From NCBI GenBank assembly GCA_965242925.1, contig CBDEUM010000019.1:1-28491 (forward strand): DNA of 28,491 nt. The letters are read 5' to 3'. Of the stretch, positions 8,691 through 17,577 are shown one piece after another. Within the stretch, counting starts at the first letter, position 1. Each line of letters begins with the position of its first letter. Made by a program: the position numbers and the translations under genes. The notes under the pieces were generated by a model. The model was given only the letters and a program-made list of their open reading frames with translations, had not been told where the DNA came from and did no database searches. This stretch comes from Roseibacillus sp. (GTDB lineage: Bacteria; Verrucomicrobiota; Verrucomicrobiia; Verrucomicrobiales; Akkermansiaceae).

Positions 8691-9992
8691 CTATTTCCTT
8701 TTCTTCTCCTTTTTCTTCTCCTTACCGAGATGACCTGGTCGCTTATCCCGGTAATGATCCAGGCCTCCCTTCAATAGGGAGCGCACCTGGCGCTGCTCTT
8801 CACTCAGGGGCGACTGCAGGGGGGACTTCTCCAGCACATCCTTTTCCACGTCAAAGAACCGGCCATCCCCATACAGCTTGTAGCGTTGATTTCGAACAAA
8901 CTGTTTGGCCTGCCTGTTAATCCCATTCCGCGAATACCAGATGTGAATCCAATCGCGGTGCTTCTTCTTCCCGCCTTTCAGGGTCGCCAGGAGACTCCTG
9001 CCATCAATTCCCCCTGGAACGGACGCACCACTCATCTCGCAGAAGGTGGGCAGGAAGTCGCTGAGATCGAGAATCTCCCTGGACACCACCCCGCCCGGGA
9101 TCGTTCCCGGCCAACTGACGATACAGGGAACACGATTCCCACCGTCGTGCATGGCCCCCTTCGCCCCCACGACCTCGCGTCCATTCATGCGGGAGACCAC
9201 CGGCTTGTCGGTCCCGTTGTCCCCCACGAAAACCACCAGAGTATTCTCGCGCACACCCTCGTCCTCGAGCCTCTTGAGAATCTTGCCGATGATCTTGTCC
9301 ATGTAGCGCACCATGTCCCCGAAATACCTGGCATTCCCCTTGTAGGTGGGTGATCCCTTGCTCTTGGGATCCCAGTCCTTGGAATCCGGGGTGGGCTCAA
9401 AGGGGCAATGGGTCAGGATCATGGGATAGTAGACCAGGAAGGGCTTGTCCTTGTTCCTCCCGATGAAATTGCAGGCGTAGTCACTGACCACATCGGGGCC
9501 ATAGCCACCCTTGTCATAATCCACCTGCTTGCCATTGACTTCCAGACCCGGATTGGCAAACCGGCTGGGCCGACGGTTGAGCTGCCAGAGACAGTACTCA
9601 TCGAAACCAAAGTTGTTCGGACCCTCCAGGCCACCCAGCAACTGCCACTTTCCCACCACACACGTGGCGTAACCCTCCTTCTTGAGAAGCTGCGCAAAAG
9701 TGGTGGCCTTGGAATCGAGAAGACCGAACTTGATATAATTGCGAACGTTGGAAATCCCGGTCATGAGCTTCACCCGGGAGGGCGTGCAGATAGGCTGCGA
9801 GTAGCAATGCTCAAAGCGCATGCCCTCCTTCGCCATGGAATCGAGCACGGGCGTCTGGTAGGAAGTGCCCCCATTGGCACCCACACACTCGTAGCCGAGG
9901 TCGTCCGCCATGATGAGGACAATGTTGGGCTTTGCTGCGAAGACGGATGCAAACAGGCCGGGCAGGAGGGAGAGGAAGACGAATCGCATCAT
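8691..9992 (-). CDS. Secreted sulfatase (formylglycine type)
   Basis: Signal peptide MMRFVFLSLL..., KPNIVLIMADDLGY, CTPSRVKLMTG, GKWQL, GDNGT; Lys-rich C-terminal tail. Confidence 0.95.
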   Translation of the reverse strand: MMRFVFLSLLPGLFASVFAAKPNIVLIMADDLGYECVGANGGTSYQTPVLDSMAKEGMRFEHCYSQPICTPSRVKLMTGISNVRNYIKFGLLDSKATTFAQLLKKEGYATCVVGKWQLLGGLEGPNNFGFDEYCLWQLNRRPSRFANPGLEVNGKQVDYDKGGYGPDVVSDYACNFIGRNKDKPFLVYYPMILTHCPFEPTPDSKDWDPKSKGSPTYKGNARYFGDMVRYMDKIIGKILKRLEDEGVRENTLVVFVGDNGTDKPVVSRMNGREVVGAKGAMHDGGNRVPCIVSWPGTIPGGVVSREILDLSDFLPTFCEMSGASVPGGIDGRSLLATLKGGKKKHRDWIHIWYSRNGINRQAKQFVRNQRYKLYGDGRFFDVEKDVLEKSPLQSPLSEEQRQVRSLLKGGLDHYRDKRPGHLGKEKKKEKKRK

Positions 9993-9998
9993 GCCGGG

Positions 9999-10026
9999 AA
10001 GGTGACAGATCGAACGTCCGGCGCAA
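9999..10026 (-). promoter_or_regulatory. Putative sigma70-type promoter (leaderless geometry) for the sulfatase
   Basis: TTGCGC-N16-CACCTT with a TG extended -10, 6 nt before the ATG at 9992. Confidence 0.35.
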
Positions 10027-10096
10027 GTCTCGCAGAACCCGCCCCAGGGCGAAAACCACCCCTGGCTCCGACACCCAGTCACGAATGATGAAGGAG

Positions 10097-12007
10097 TCAG
10101 GGAACTTCCCAGCGAAGATTGCGGAAAAAGCGCGGAGAACGCCAGCGAACCCCGGAGCCTTCCGGGAGCTCGATCCGCCGCCCCTCGCCAGGGAGAACCA
10201 CCCTGCCGCGCAGTCCCAGCTCAGTCACGTGCTTCCACGACTGCAAGGCGTACTTCTGGCGCCCCTCCAAGAGCTTGAAATCTGCGGGTGTGACTCCCAG
10301 CGTCTGCCAGTCGGAAGACCCCTTCAGATCCGCCTGGGCATAGAACTCGCCCTGCTGCCTGATTCCCGGAAAAGCGCCCCAGGAATTGTCCTTCACCACG
10401 AAAAAAAGCGTGGCATCGTGATCAACTTTCACATCGAGGAGGAGCCTCGCTCCTACGGGGGCCGCAAACCCCGGATCCTTGACCTTGCGGGTCCAGGCAC
10501 TCCACCAGTGCGGATTCCCCCAGTCCAACCGGTACCAATCCTGGTAGTCGGAGAACGCTGCCTCGATCGTGGGATTCCGTTTCCCATCCCCCTTCACCCC
10601 GGAAGAAGCCAGCTGTTCCGGCGTAAAGCTGCGCATTCCCGACGATACTCCGAAGGTTTCGGGCGGCTTTTTCATCCAGGGGTAACCCACCACCTTGTGA
10701 TCGAGCCGGTAGTAGACATTAGCCATCACGAAGAGTGGTTGCTCCGTGCTGAAGACCGGAAGCCGGGCACTCCATGAGTTCCCCTCACGCTCAGCAATTG
10801 CCGTACGCCAGAAACGGGTGAGGATATGCGAATCGACTGAATAATAGATTTCCACTTCAGCGACCCGACCGGGCTGATCCGGGACCAGGGAAGCTCGCGG
10901 AATCCCGTCCTTCTCCTCCAGGGTCACCTTCAACCCGGGAGTGACTGGAAAATCAAAGACTCCCTTCAGGTGCGCCTCGAAGAACAGCATTCCAGGGAAA
11001 ACGTGCTCCGAGGTGGCCCGGTGATTCATATGCGGATTCACCGTGTAGTTGACGACCTTGCTCCCCAGTCGCTCCCAGTTCGCGTAAACGTTGTCGAGGA
11101 TTCCGTTGAAATCGTTCTGCGGCCCCATGTAGAGAATCGGTGCGGTGATCCGCTCAAGGTAGGGCGGGTCGTCAATGGTGCGGTGCCAGAGGGCGGACTT
11201 CCCTGGACGCACGCCCGCATTGATCCTCGCGCGGATGTGCCCCGGTGCGCTGCCACCACCTCCGCAGGAAGGCGCAGCCGCCACGATCCGTTCGTCGGAC
11301 CCCGCCAGCATCACCGTCAACTTGCCGCCCATGGAATGCCCGAAGGCCCCGATGCGGTCAGGATCCACTTCAGCCTGCTTCTGCAGAAAGCTCACCCCGC
11401 GCCTGGCCGCCATCACGATGAGAAACCAGTTGCTGTTGCGGGGTGATTCCACCGTATCAACGGTCCTGTCATCGGGCATCAACGATCCATAGTGACTGTT
11501 GTGTCCGGTCTGGGTGGCATCCACCGCACCCCAGTCCGTGCCGGGATCCCCCTCCCGGGCCCGCTCGAGGATGCGCCCCCCCCAGTTCAGGGCAAGACAG
11601 GCGTATCCGTTCTGGGCGGCATACTTGATGCTGTGCACCTCCGCCCGCTGACCTCCACCGTGCATCTGAATGAGCGCGGGCAGCTTCGCCTTCCTGCCAG
11701 CGGGAAAACCGTAGTAGCCCGCCATTCGCGACTTCCTGCCCCGGAACGATCCGATGGTGTAGGTGAACATGCGGATCGTGATTCCTTCTTCCTCGAACTC
11801 CCGGATTACCTCCACCTCCAGCGGCTCGGCATCCGGATCATAGTTCGCCCATAACTCCTCGACTGACTGCGGTGGCTGGCGGCCCTCAAGCCGGGGAAGC
11901 GTATCGGCAACCGCCATGCCCACGGTGAAGAGAACGGCTGGAACTGCCCCCCGGATCGAGCGCTCGAAGACTCTGCAGAAGGGCTCAGTCCCGGGCTCCT
12001 CGCTCAT
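10097..12007 (-). CDS. Secreted alpha/beta-hydrolase (dienelactone hydrolase/acetylxylan-esterase-like) with C-terminal beta-sandwich domain
   Basis: LPALIQMHGGG oxyanion motif, 'QAEVDPDRIGAFGHSMGG' nucleophile elbow, candidate catalytic Asp and His in 'QNDFNG' and 'HMNH'. The C-terminal 'WQTLGVTPADFK...SWKHVTELGL' resembles CBM/CIA30-like domains. Start at 12007 or slightly downstream; the ORF-track extension overlaps the small opposite-strand gene. Confidence 0.8.
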   Translation of the reverse strand: MSEEPGTEPFCRVFERSIRGAVPAVLFTVGMAVADTLPRLEGRQPPQSVEELWANYDPDAEPLEVEVIREFEEEGITIRMFTYTIGSFRGRKSRMAGYYGFPAGRKAKLPALIQMHGGGQRAEVHSIKYAAQNGYACLALNWGGRILERAREGDPGTDWGAVDATQTGHNSHYGSLMPDDRTVDTVESPRNSNWFLIVMAARRGVSFLQKQAEVDPDRIGAFGHSMGGKLTVMLAGSDERIVAAAPSCGGGGSAPGHIRARINAGVRPGKSALWHRTIDDPPYLERITAPILYMGPQNDFNGILDNVYANWERLGSKVVNYTVNPHMNHRATSEHVFPGMLFFEAHLKGVFDFPVTPGLKVTLEEKDGIPRASLVPDQPGRVAEVEIYYSVDSHILTRFWRTAIAEREGNSWSARLPVFSTEQPLFVMANVYYRLDHKVVGYPWMKKPPETFGVSSGMRSFTPEQLASSGVKGDGKRNPTIEAAFSDYQDWYRLDWGNPHWWSAWTRKVKDPGFAAPVGARLLLDVKVDHDATLFFVVKDNSWGAFPGIRQQGEFYAQADLKGSSDWQTLGVTPADFKLLEGRQKYALQSWKHVTELGLRGRVVLPGEGRRIELPEGSGVRWRSPRFFRNLRWEVP

Positions 12008-12070
12008 GAATACCCGATCCTGCCGCATTCTGACCCCATGGCAAGCGCAGGCCCCGCCCCACAATTGAGG

Positions 12071-12099
12071 TTGACCGGACCGCCCGGAAACCCTATTAC
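12071..12099 (+). promoter_or_regulatory. Putative sigma70 promoter of the small basic protein gene
   Basis: TTGACC-N17-TATTAC, close to consensus. Confidence 0.55.
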
Positions 12100-12148
12100 C
12101 CGCCGCCCCCGCACAACACCTGTTTCCAACCCGAACTGTTATCCCGAC

Positions 12149-12343
12149 ATGCGCACGAAGAGAAAGTTCATGAAGACGCAGCTCACCCGCCCTCGCAAGG
12201 GCGGTGCAGCCAAGCGTCGACGTCAGACTGATCATCGCAAGCGCCTTGTGGCCCTCGGGGTTACCCAGGAAACGGTTGACGGGATGAATCAGAAAGAAGT
12301 CCGCGACATGCTCAAGCATCCGGCCAAGATCCAGCAGGACTGA
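12149..12343 (+). CDS. Small (64 aa) highly basic hypothetical protein
   Basis: MRTKRKFMKTQLTRPRKGGAAKRRRQTDHRKRLVALGVTQETVDGMNQKEVRDMLKHPAKIQQD. It has its own promoter and terminator and fills the gap between two minus-strand genes. Confidence 0.8.
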   Translation: MRTKRKFMKTQLTRPRKGGAAKRRRQTDHRKRLVALGVTQETVDGMNQKEVRDMLKHPAKIQQD

Positions 12344-12398
12344 GAGGCACCGCCTCCATCAACATCTTCAGCCCCTGCGATCACAACCCCTTACGACG

Positions 12399-12425
12399 TC
12401 CGCATCCATGATGCGGATTTTGTTT
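12399..12425 (+). terminator. Intrinsic terminator
   Basis: TCCGCATC-cat-GATGCGGA stem-loop followed by TTTTGTTT. Confidence 0.7.
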
Positions 12426-12439
12426 GTCCCAGCCAGGGC

Positions 12440-13903
12440 CTAGGCAAGAACGCCACGGATTGGATGGGCAGGAACCACTCCCGTTAAGCGCTGGTCAAGC
12501 CCGCCGTAATGGTAGGTGAGGTGCTCGTGGTCGAGGCCCATGAGGCGCAGGATGGTAGCGTGCAGGTCCCTTACATGGTGGCGATCCACTGCGGCCTCGT
12601 GACCAAGCTCGTCGGTCTCACCGTAGCTGGTGCCCGCCTTCACCCCGCCACCCGCCAACCAGTAGGTAAAGCCCTTGGGGTTGTGATCACGCCCGCCATT
12701 CTTGCCCTGCGACACCGGCTGGCGTCCGAACTCCCCGCCCCAGACCACGAGGGTTTCCTCCAGGAGTCCGCGTTTCTCGAGGTCTTCCAGCAGCCCTGCG
12801 ATCGGCTGGTCAATCTCGGGGCAGTGAATCTGTAGATTCTCTTCCACCCCGTTATGGGCATCCCAGTTCTGCTGCTGGTGTCCGCCTCCCGAGTAGAGCT
12901 GCACAAAGCGTACCCCGCGTTCCACCAGGCGTCGCGCAATGAGGCACTGGCGCCCGAAGTGGGCCGGGGGAATGCTGAGCTTGTGATCGCCCTTGGGCAG
13001 CTTCAACCCATAGCGCTCCCTGGTCTTCTCATCCTCCGAAGAGATGTCGAGGGCCTCCGGGGCGGAGGTGTGGAGCTGGTAGGCAAGGTCGTAGGTGGCA
13101 ATACGGGCACTGAGTTCCGAGTAACTCTCCCGCCCTTGACGGTGCAGCTCATTGAGGGCGTTTATGGCGTCCACCTTGTCGCCCTGCATCTGCATCGTCA
13201 CGTTGGCACTGGGCTTGAGATTAAGGACCGGATTGCCAATCGCCCGAAGAACCGTTCCCTGATAGGCCGCCGGCATGTAGCCCGCCGTCCAGTTCGCTGC
13301 GCCCGGGATGGGACCACCCCGCGGATCAAGCATGACCACGAACCCCGGCAGGTCTGCATTTGACGACCCCAGTCCGTGTGCAATCCAGGCTCCCAGGGCA
13401 GGATGCCCCTGCCGCACACGTCCGCAATTCATCTGCAGGTTGGCCGAACCATGCGCAAAGGAGTCCATGTAAAGTGACTTAATGACCGCCAGCTTGTCCA
13501 TGTGCTTCGCGATATTCGGCAGAGCATCGGAACACCAGAGGCCGGACCTGCCGTGCTGTGCAAAGGTGCGCTTGGACCCCTGTAACACCGAATCACGCAT
13601 CTCCCGACGACGAATCTCCATCTTGATCTTCTTGCCACTGCTCTTCTGCAGATCCGGCTTGTAGTCGAAGAGATCCATCTGGGACGGCCCACCATAGAGA
13701 TAGAGGTAGATACAGGCCTTGGCCTTGGCCGGGAAATCCTGCGGCTTCGGTGCCAGCGGATTGAGCAGGGTGGAGGCCGGAGCCGCGAAGACCTGGGAGC
13801 CGTCGAAGATGCCAGAGAGCGAGACCCCCGCCATGGAAGTCCCGAAGGTCTTCAGGAAGTTCCGGCGGCTCTGCGCTTCAATCTGGCCCGATAGAAGAGA
13901 CAT
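12440..13903 (-). CDS. DUF1501 domain protein (twin-arginine-like N-terminus)
   Basis: SRRNFLK, 'AKAKACIYLYLYGGPSQMDLFDYKP', 'FGRQCLIARRLVERGVRFVQ', WDAH, 'VVWGGEFGRQP' and GRDHNP. ATG at 13903 is preceded by GAGGA. Confidence 0.93.
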   Translation of the reverse strand: MSLLSGQIEAQSRRNFLKTFGTSMAGVSLSGIFDGSQVFAAPASTLLNPLAPKPQDFPAKAKACIYLYLYGGPSQMDLFDYKPDLQKSSGKKIKMEIRRREMRDSVLQGSKRTFAQHGRSGLWCSDALPNIAKHMDKLAVIKSLYMDSFAHGSANLQMNCGRVRQGHPALGAWIAHGLGSSNADLPGFVVMLDPRGGPIPGAANWTAGYMPAAYQGTVLRAIGNPVLNLKPSANVTMQMQGDKVDAINALNELHRQGRESYSELSARIATYDLAYQLHTSAPEALDISSEDEKTRERYGLKLPKGDHKLSIPPAHFGRQCLIARRLVERGVRFVQLYSGGGHQQQNWDAHNGVEENLQIHCPEIDQPIAGLLEDLEKRGLLEETLVVWGGEFGRQPVSQGKNGGRDHNPKGFTYWLAGGGVKAGTSYGETDELGHEAAVDRHHVRDLHATILRLMGLDHEHLTYHYGGLDQRLTGVVPAHPIRGVLA

Positions 13904-13920
13904 GTTTGAGTCCTCTCTGG

Positions 13921-16900
13921 TCAATCAATGTAAACGAATTCATTCAGATTCAGCAACAAGGAACAGAATTCCTCCAGCGCCCGCTTCCGGGCAGTCACCT
14001 CTCTCCTCGAAAGCACCAGGAGGCTCTTGTCCTCCTGCAATCCTGCCGTCGGTGGTGCCAACCACGCGGTCTTCTTTCCACCTCTGACCACATGCACATT
14101 CCGGTAGTCAACCCGGGCCCCCCAGGTGCGCAACCCGGCCAGGCCTGCCTCGAGAGGTCGGTCCATCCTGTGATCGATATAGGGTACAGGACGATTATCG
14201 AGGAATACCTGCACGCGATCCCCCACTGTCCTCGCCTCCAGCCAGTGCCATTTCCCCCGCTTGAGGGTCGCCGGCGCCTCGGCGCGTGGTTTCCAGTCAT
14301 TCTGGTGTGTTCCCAGGACAAGTTTGCCCTCGTCGAGGTAGAAGCTCACCTCGTAGCCAATCCAGTTATTGGGGCCCACTTTCGGCTCTCGCACGTTCAG
14401 AAGGAACCCACCGATCGAGCCATCGAGGATCCGGACCTCCGCCTTGAGGGAGTCTCCATCCCCGAGGGGGCCGACAGCATCCCAGAGAAGCTTGGGCCCA
14501 CTCTCCTTGGCCACCGAAATCTGATTTTCCCCAGCCGACCAATCTCCTCCGTAGGCAGACCATCCCTGCGGAGCCCCCTGAATCTCTGTTTGCCCTGGAG
14601 CGGCGAATCTGGACTTCCCGTAATCGATTTCCGCCACTGCGTAGTTCTGACCATCCGCCATGATGGTAAGTCCATCAATGCTGACTGAACCTCCCCAGGC
14701 ACTCACTCCCACCCGACCCGTGCCCCCGATGGGAGCTGGGTCCTCGACCTCCATTTTTTTTCCTGATCCGCAGCGTACCACGGTTTTTCCTCCCACCAGG
14801 GTAATCGCGATATCCAGTCCCTTTCCTAGTCCCGAAACAGCCTGCCTCGAGAGGGTTACAGTTTTTTCTCCCTGGTGGCGACGGATCGCAATCTCCCCCT
14901 TCGTCTTGTCCAGGAGCACGCTGTAACCCTCAAAGACCGCTCCGCGGGGGTTAGCTCGCAGGAGAACTGCGGATTGCTCGGTCACCCCCTCAAGCAGGAA
15001 CCTTCCGGAAACCCTGACGTCACGGGACGGGACACGGTAGAGGGCGAAAGCCGGCCAATCGCGCTCTGCATTGACGATGCCCTCATAGCCACCGGTCCAC
15101 TTTCCCTTGTAGTATTCCCATCCCGCGGCCGGCCCCCGCAGGAAGCGCTCCGCGGGAAGACTTTTCTGATAGTCGTTGAACAAAGCCGGCGGAAAGTCGG
15201 GGCGGAAAGAGAGCCGGCGCGTCAGCACTGCCTGTTTTCTCTCCTGATCCGCTAGATAGGCAGTAGCCAGCCTGGTTTCTTCTTCGGTGGGATTTCGGCT
15301 CAGCACCATCCGGAATGCGGAGGTGACAGGATCGGGTTGCGTCATGGCCTTCTCCGCCAACCGCGCCGCATTTTCCGCCACGAACTCACTATTGAGGAGA
15401 AGAAGAGCCTGTGGTGCCACCGTGGTGGTGGGACGCACGCCAAGGGATCCCTCGGTATTTGTATAGTCGAAGATCTCAAAGAACGGATAAAGCATGGTGC
15501 GCTTCACGAAGGCATACACGCTGCGCCGGCGCTGCTGTTCGGGCGGGGACCACTGCCAGTTGCGACCCGGCTTGGACCCTCCCGCAACCACTTCCCCGGC
15601 GAGGGCGGGAAAGAACCCGCGCCCACCCCGCTCCGGATTGAGGGCGCTGGCGCACTTGAGAATTGAATCCCGGATGGCCTCCGATTCGAGCCGGCGGAGA
15701 TTGGCCCGCCAGTGGTGAAGGTTCCCCGGGTCGATCGCTTCGTTGGCGGGATTTCCCACGGAGGACCTCTGCCACGCCCGGCTGTTCATGATAATGCGAT
15801 GCATGTGCTTGATTGACCAGCCGTGCTCCATGAACTCACTGGCCAACCAGTCCAGGAGAGCCCCGTTGGTGGGCGGACTCCCTGCCTTCCCGAAGTCATT
15901 GGGAGTGGCCACGATCCCCCGCCCGAAGTGCCCATGCCAGAGACGGTTGACCATCACGCGCGCAGTCAGGGGGTTCTCTCCTCGAACGACCCACCTGGCC
16001 AAAGCATGCCGCCGTCCCACCGAGTGAGGGGTGGGCGTCACCTCGGGGGATCCTCCACCAAGAATCTCGGGAAAGTGCGGCTCCACCTTGTCGGACGGAC
16101 GGCCGGCGTTTCCCCGAATGAGGAGATGGGTTTCCATGGGCTTGCTGCCACGCTCCGTTACCACCAGGGCATCTCCCGCACCCGTCTTGCGAATGGTGTC
16201 CCCTCCCGGCTTGTTGTAGGGCTTGACGTTGCGGAAGAAGGCCATCAGTTCGTAGTAGTCGCGCTGCGAAATGGGATCGAACATGTGATCGTGACAACGC
16301 GCACATCCCACCGTGAGACCGAGAAATGTCTCCGTGGTGGTCTTCAGGATATCATCCTGCCCGTCAAACTCCGCCGCCCGCTTGTCGTCCGGTTCGTCAT
16401 CCCACACCCCCAGTCGGTGGAATCCGGTCGCAATCCATCCTTCGTCTCCTCCATCGGGCAGCTCGTCACCCGCAATCTGCTCCAGCACAAAACGGTCGTA
16501 TGGCTTGTCCCGATTGAAGGATGCAATCACATAGTCGCGATAGCGCCAGGCGTGCGGCTTCTCGTCATCGCGTTCGTAACCGTTACTCTGCGCGAAACGC
16601 ACCACATCCAGCCAGTGCCGTCCCCAGCGTTCACCATATTCCGGCATGGCCAGCAGGCGATCCACCAGTTTCAGGAAGGCCTCCGGATCCGGATCATTAA
16701 CGAAGGCCTGTACCTCTGCAAAGTTCGGGGGAAGACCGAGCAGGGTGTAGTAGGCGCGCCGGATGAGGACCTCCCGCGGAGCAGGGGAATTGGCAACGAG
16801 TTTCTTCTCCTCGAGCGTTGCCTCGATGATCTCGTCGAAGTGCTTCTCCTCCCCTCTCCGCACCGGTTGGAACGCCCAGTAGCGGCGGTCCTCTTCAGTG

Positions 16901-17337
16901 ATTTCAAAATCCTTCCCTGGCTTATCCCCGCCTGAAGCCACCACCTCTCCCCCCGGCCAGGGCGCCCCCATCGCAACCCAGCGGATCAGGTCCTCGATCT
17001 GGCGCTTGCCAAGTTTCCTCTTCGGTGGCATCTCGAGATCCGAACTGAGATACTTCACCGCCTCGATGAGAAGCGTCTCACCGGGCTTCCCCGGCACGAT
17101 GGCCGGTCCGCTCTCACCCCCCTTGAGAAGAAGGGCCCGCGCATCGAGACGCAGCCCCGCCTTCTGCTTCTTCGGCCCGTGACACTTAAAGCAGTTTTCA
17201 GAGAGGAGCGGACGGATCTTCTCCTCGAAGAAACGCAGGTTCTCAGCCTCGTCCGCGGCAAAGCCCCCGGCTAGGAAAGCGAGGGCCAGACACGCCTGAC
17301 CGACCACCCGGGAACCTACTCGATAGCCACTCCTCAA
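13921..17337 (-). CDS. Planctomycete cytochrome c / DUF1549 (PSCyt2) / DUF1553 (PSD1) protein with two inserted DUF1080-like beta-sandwich domains
   Basis: FFEEKIRPLLSENCFKCH, YWAFQP, YGERWGRHWLDVVRFA, GCARCHDH, NPLTARVMVNRLW, RRLESEAIRD, PQALLLLN and C-terminal LLNLNEFVYID. Start uncertain (17358, 17337 or 17307). Confidence 0.93.
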   Translation of the reverse strand: MRSGYRVGSRVVGQACLALAFLAGGFAADEAENLRFFEEKIRPLLSENCFKCHGPKKQKAGLRLDARALLLKGGESGPAIVPGKPGETLLIEAVKYLSSDLEMPPKRKLGKRQIEDLIRWVAMGAPWPGGEVVASGGDKPGKDFEITEEDRRYWAFQPVRRGEEKHFDEIIEATLEEKKLVANSPAPREVLIRRAYYTLLGLPPNFAEVQAFVNDPDPEAFLKLVDRLLAMPEYGERWGRHWLDVVRFAQSNGYERDDEKPHAWRYRDYVIASFNRDKPYDRFVLEQIAGDELPDGGDEGWIATGFHRLGVWDDEPDDKRAAEFDGQDDILKTTTETFLGLTVGCARCHDHMFDPISQRDYYELMAFFRNVKPYNKPGGDTIRKTGAGDALVVTERGSKPMETHLLIRGNAGRPSDKVEPHFPEILGGGSPEVTPTPHSVGRRHALARWVVRGENPLTARVMVNRLWHGHFGRGIVATPNDFGKAGSPPTNGALLDWLASEFMEHGWSIKHMHRIIMNSRAWQRSSVGNPANEAIDPGNLHHWRANLRRLESEAIRDSILKCASALNPERGGRGFFPALAGEVVAGGSKPGRNWQWSPPEQQRRRSVYAFVKRTMLYPFFEIFDYTNTEGSLGVRPTTTVAPQALLLLNSEFVAENAARLAEKAMTQPDPVTSAFRMVLSRNPTEEETRLATAYLADQERKQAVLTRRLSFRPDFPPALFNDYQKSLPAERFLRGPAAGWEYYKGKWTGGYEGIVNAERDWPAFALYRVPSRDVRVSGRFLLEGVTEQSAVLLRANPRGAVFEGYSVLLDKTKGEIAIRRHQGEKTVTLSRQAVSGLGKGLDIAITLVGGKTVVRCGSGKKMEVEDPAPIGGTGRVGVSAWGGSVSIDGLTIMADGQNYAVAEIDYGKSRFAAPGQTEIQGAPQGWSAYGGDWSAGENQISVAKESGPKLLWDAVGPLGDGDSLKAEVRILDGSIGGFLLNVREPKVGPNNWIGYEVSFYLDEGKLVLGTHQNDWKPRAEAPATLKRGKWHWLEARTVGDRVQVFLDNRPVPYIDHRMDRPLEAGLAGLRTWGARVDYRNVHVVRGGKKTAWLAPPTAGLQEDKSLLVLSRREVTARKRALEEFCSLLLNLNEFVYID

Positions 17338-17486
17338 ACCGGGTATGACATAGCCCACAAGCGCCGGCCCTCACAATCGCCAATTCACAGAACAACCTTA
17401 CCCATCGTCATTTATTCTCCTCTTGGAGACGAGGGAAGGCACCAGGTTTCACCCTGGAATCCATCAACTTCATTGACTTCCGTGCC

Positions 17487-17514
17487 TTGAAAACCCCGGG
17501 GATCACTGTATTTT
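17487..17514 (+). promoter_or_regulatory. Putative sigma70 promoter
   Basis: TTGAAA-N16-TATTTT with a TG extended -10; argues for the start at 17578 rather than 17515. Confidence 0.45.
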
Positions 17515-17577
17515 ATGCGACTGCTGCTCATTGCCGATCCGCCGCGGCGCTCCCGAAATCCCGCCCCTCCTGCACAG

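Noticed and set aside
12149..12343. PVC superphylum signature small basic protein
   Set aside because: Size and charge are similar, but I do not see the motifs I associate with that family (HxSL, RNVLxRxER, GLPK).
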